A DNA stretch of 62,807 nt, counting the filler, from Phoronis australis (lineage: Eukaryota > Animalia > Phoronida), in assembly GCA_002633005.1 (NCBI GenBank). It is 5 parts of 5 records of this genome, joined end to end, with 100 filler letters (N's around TTAATTAATTAA, not from the genome) between each part and the next. Parts side by side here need not be neighbours in the genome. Positions count along the whole stretch, not along the records: positions 59,760 to 62,807 come from NMRA01003257.1; 4 more parts are not named here. One strand, given 5' to 3'. The position numbers and the translations under genes are program-made. This document shows positions 61,791-62,807 of the stretch, piece after piece. The notes beneath the pieces were generated by a model. The model was not told the origin of the DNA. It saw only the letters and a list, made by a program, of their open reading frames with translations, and searched no databases. The first letter of the stretch is position 1. Every line of letters begins with the position of its first letter.

Positions 61791-61952
61791 CGTTAGCAAC
61801 AGAGGTTTGTCAACCACAAAATAATCCCACGCGGAGACGCCACCTGACGGCACCGAAAGCTTATTAAGAAACAGCTGTAACTCCGCAAGTTGTGATGACG
61901 TCATCTCAGTGAATGATTCCATATCGTGGAGTATCGGCAATACTTCTTGGGC
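61791..61952 (-). CDS. Grl penultimate exon (AQEVLPILHDMESFTEMTSSQLAELQLFLNKLSVPSGGVSAWDYFVVDKPLLLT)
   Basis: L.LFL..L.....G.SA...F.VD..LL.T pattern of Gr/Grl IL3-TM7a; ttctag / gtaatt; 162 bp, phase 0-0. Confidence 0.88.
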
Positions 61953-62322
61953 CTAGAATGTAAAACCCAAATGCGTAAATATCCAGCTTCAGGTAGTTTT
62001 AAACGGTTTAGTTTCCCAATGAGCAAAAGTGTTTCATGAGCAGGTGAATCCCATGAACACACAAATGAGTTTATTTAAAGCTTTCTTCCTAATGACATTA
62101 TATTGAAAACAAATTGTTCTTTGGCCAGGTGTATTAGCTCCGATAGTTGCATATGATCAGGTTGCCATCATACACATTTCAATGTACTGCATATGCATAT
62201 GAATTCTAAAAGTTTATAGTGTTTTATTGAGCTTTTTAAGTACAGGAAACTATACAAATATCTACTAGGACTATGACATCACAGAATGCACGTGAGAATC
62301 CATTTCGTTTTGTACGTGTTTG

Positions 62323-62807
62323 TTAAAGGCGAAGGCAACCTTTTTTCGCGTCACTTTTAGCAAAAATAAGGTTCGTTGATTATCCCAGACACATTTTTCA
62401 CTTAATTACAGCTTTTCGCAATTTCATTTATTTCTCGTCCTCTACTCCGGAAGTGACGTTTTGGGAGGCAAGAGTTTCGCGCCAATTTCTTTTCATTATA
62501 GTCTGATTGTGAGAGCTGTCGAGTAAATCAGTGTTTTACCTCGGTTGTGATAAGTTTGGTCGTCGTTTGCTTTTGTTTACAAGTCAGTCAACACGCCACG
62601 TTGTTGCTGCTTGCCGGGATGTACTCATTATCGTCTCACACGCGCTTTGGGTACCTTGCGTCGCTTTCCGAAGGATGACACACTTCGCCGTACTTGGCAA
62701 GCTCGTTCATGTGAAGAACACAGCGCTAACCGTCCACGCAACGTACAAAGCAGTGGAGGGTTACCGAGTGTGTGGCAAGCATTTTCTGCCGTCAGATTAT
62801 GACAGAT
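62323..62807 (+). mobile_element. 5' end of a THAP-domain DNA transposon (Kolobok-like), degenerate
   Basis: TTAA|AGG at 62323-62329. From 62593: (ACG)PRCCCLPGCTHYR...RRFPKDDTLRRTW, a frameshift near 62698, then KLVHVKN...YRVCGKHFLPSDY, a complete C2CH THAP zinc-finger pattern. Confidence 0.7.

Overview
This is metazoan (non-chordate marine invertebrate-like) draft genomic DNA. The window is five separate sequence pieces joined by identical 100-bp artificial linkers (44 N + TTAATTAATTAA + 44 N), so gene adjacency across linkers is not biological. Piece 1 (1-26443) holds a 40-bp satellite with higher-order GC-rich cores, transposon relics, and the 3' half of a CLC-3/4/5 H+/Cl- exchanger gene (minus strand). 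That gene has a U12-type intron but also an in-frame TAG at a conserved Trp, a ~30-codon deletion and no recognisable last exon. Piece 2 (26544-53046) is most of an RFX6-like transcription factor gene (plus strand, 14-15 exons), with a tandemly duplicated 28-bp micro-exon and an intronic minisatellite of X-box-like units. Piece 3 has two NDC80 exons flanking a young Helentron-type (HINE/DINE-1-like) element. Piece 4 has a MITE and an X-box-containing promoter-like segment. Piece 5 has the last two exons of a gustatory-receptor-like (Grl) gene and the start of a THAP-domain, Kolobok-like transposon. All exon calls come from manual translation and splice-phase checks; no database searches were run.
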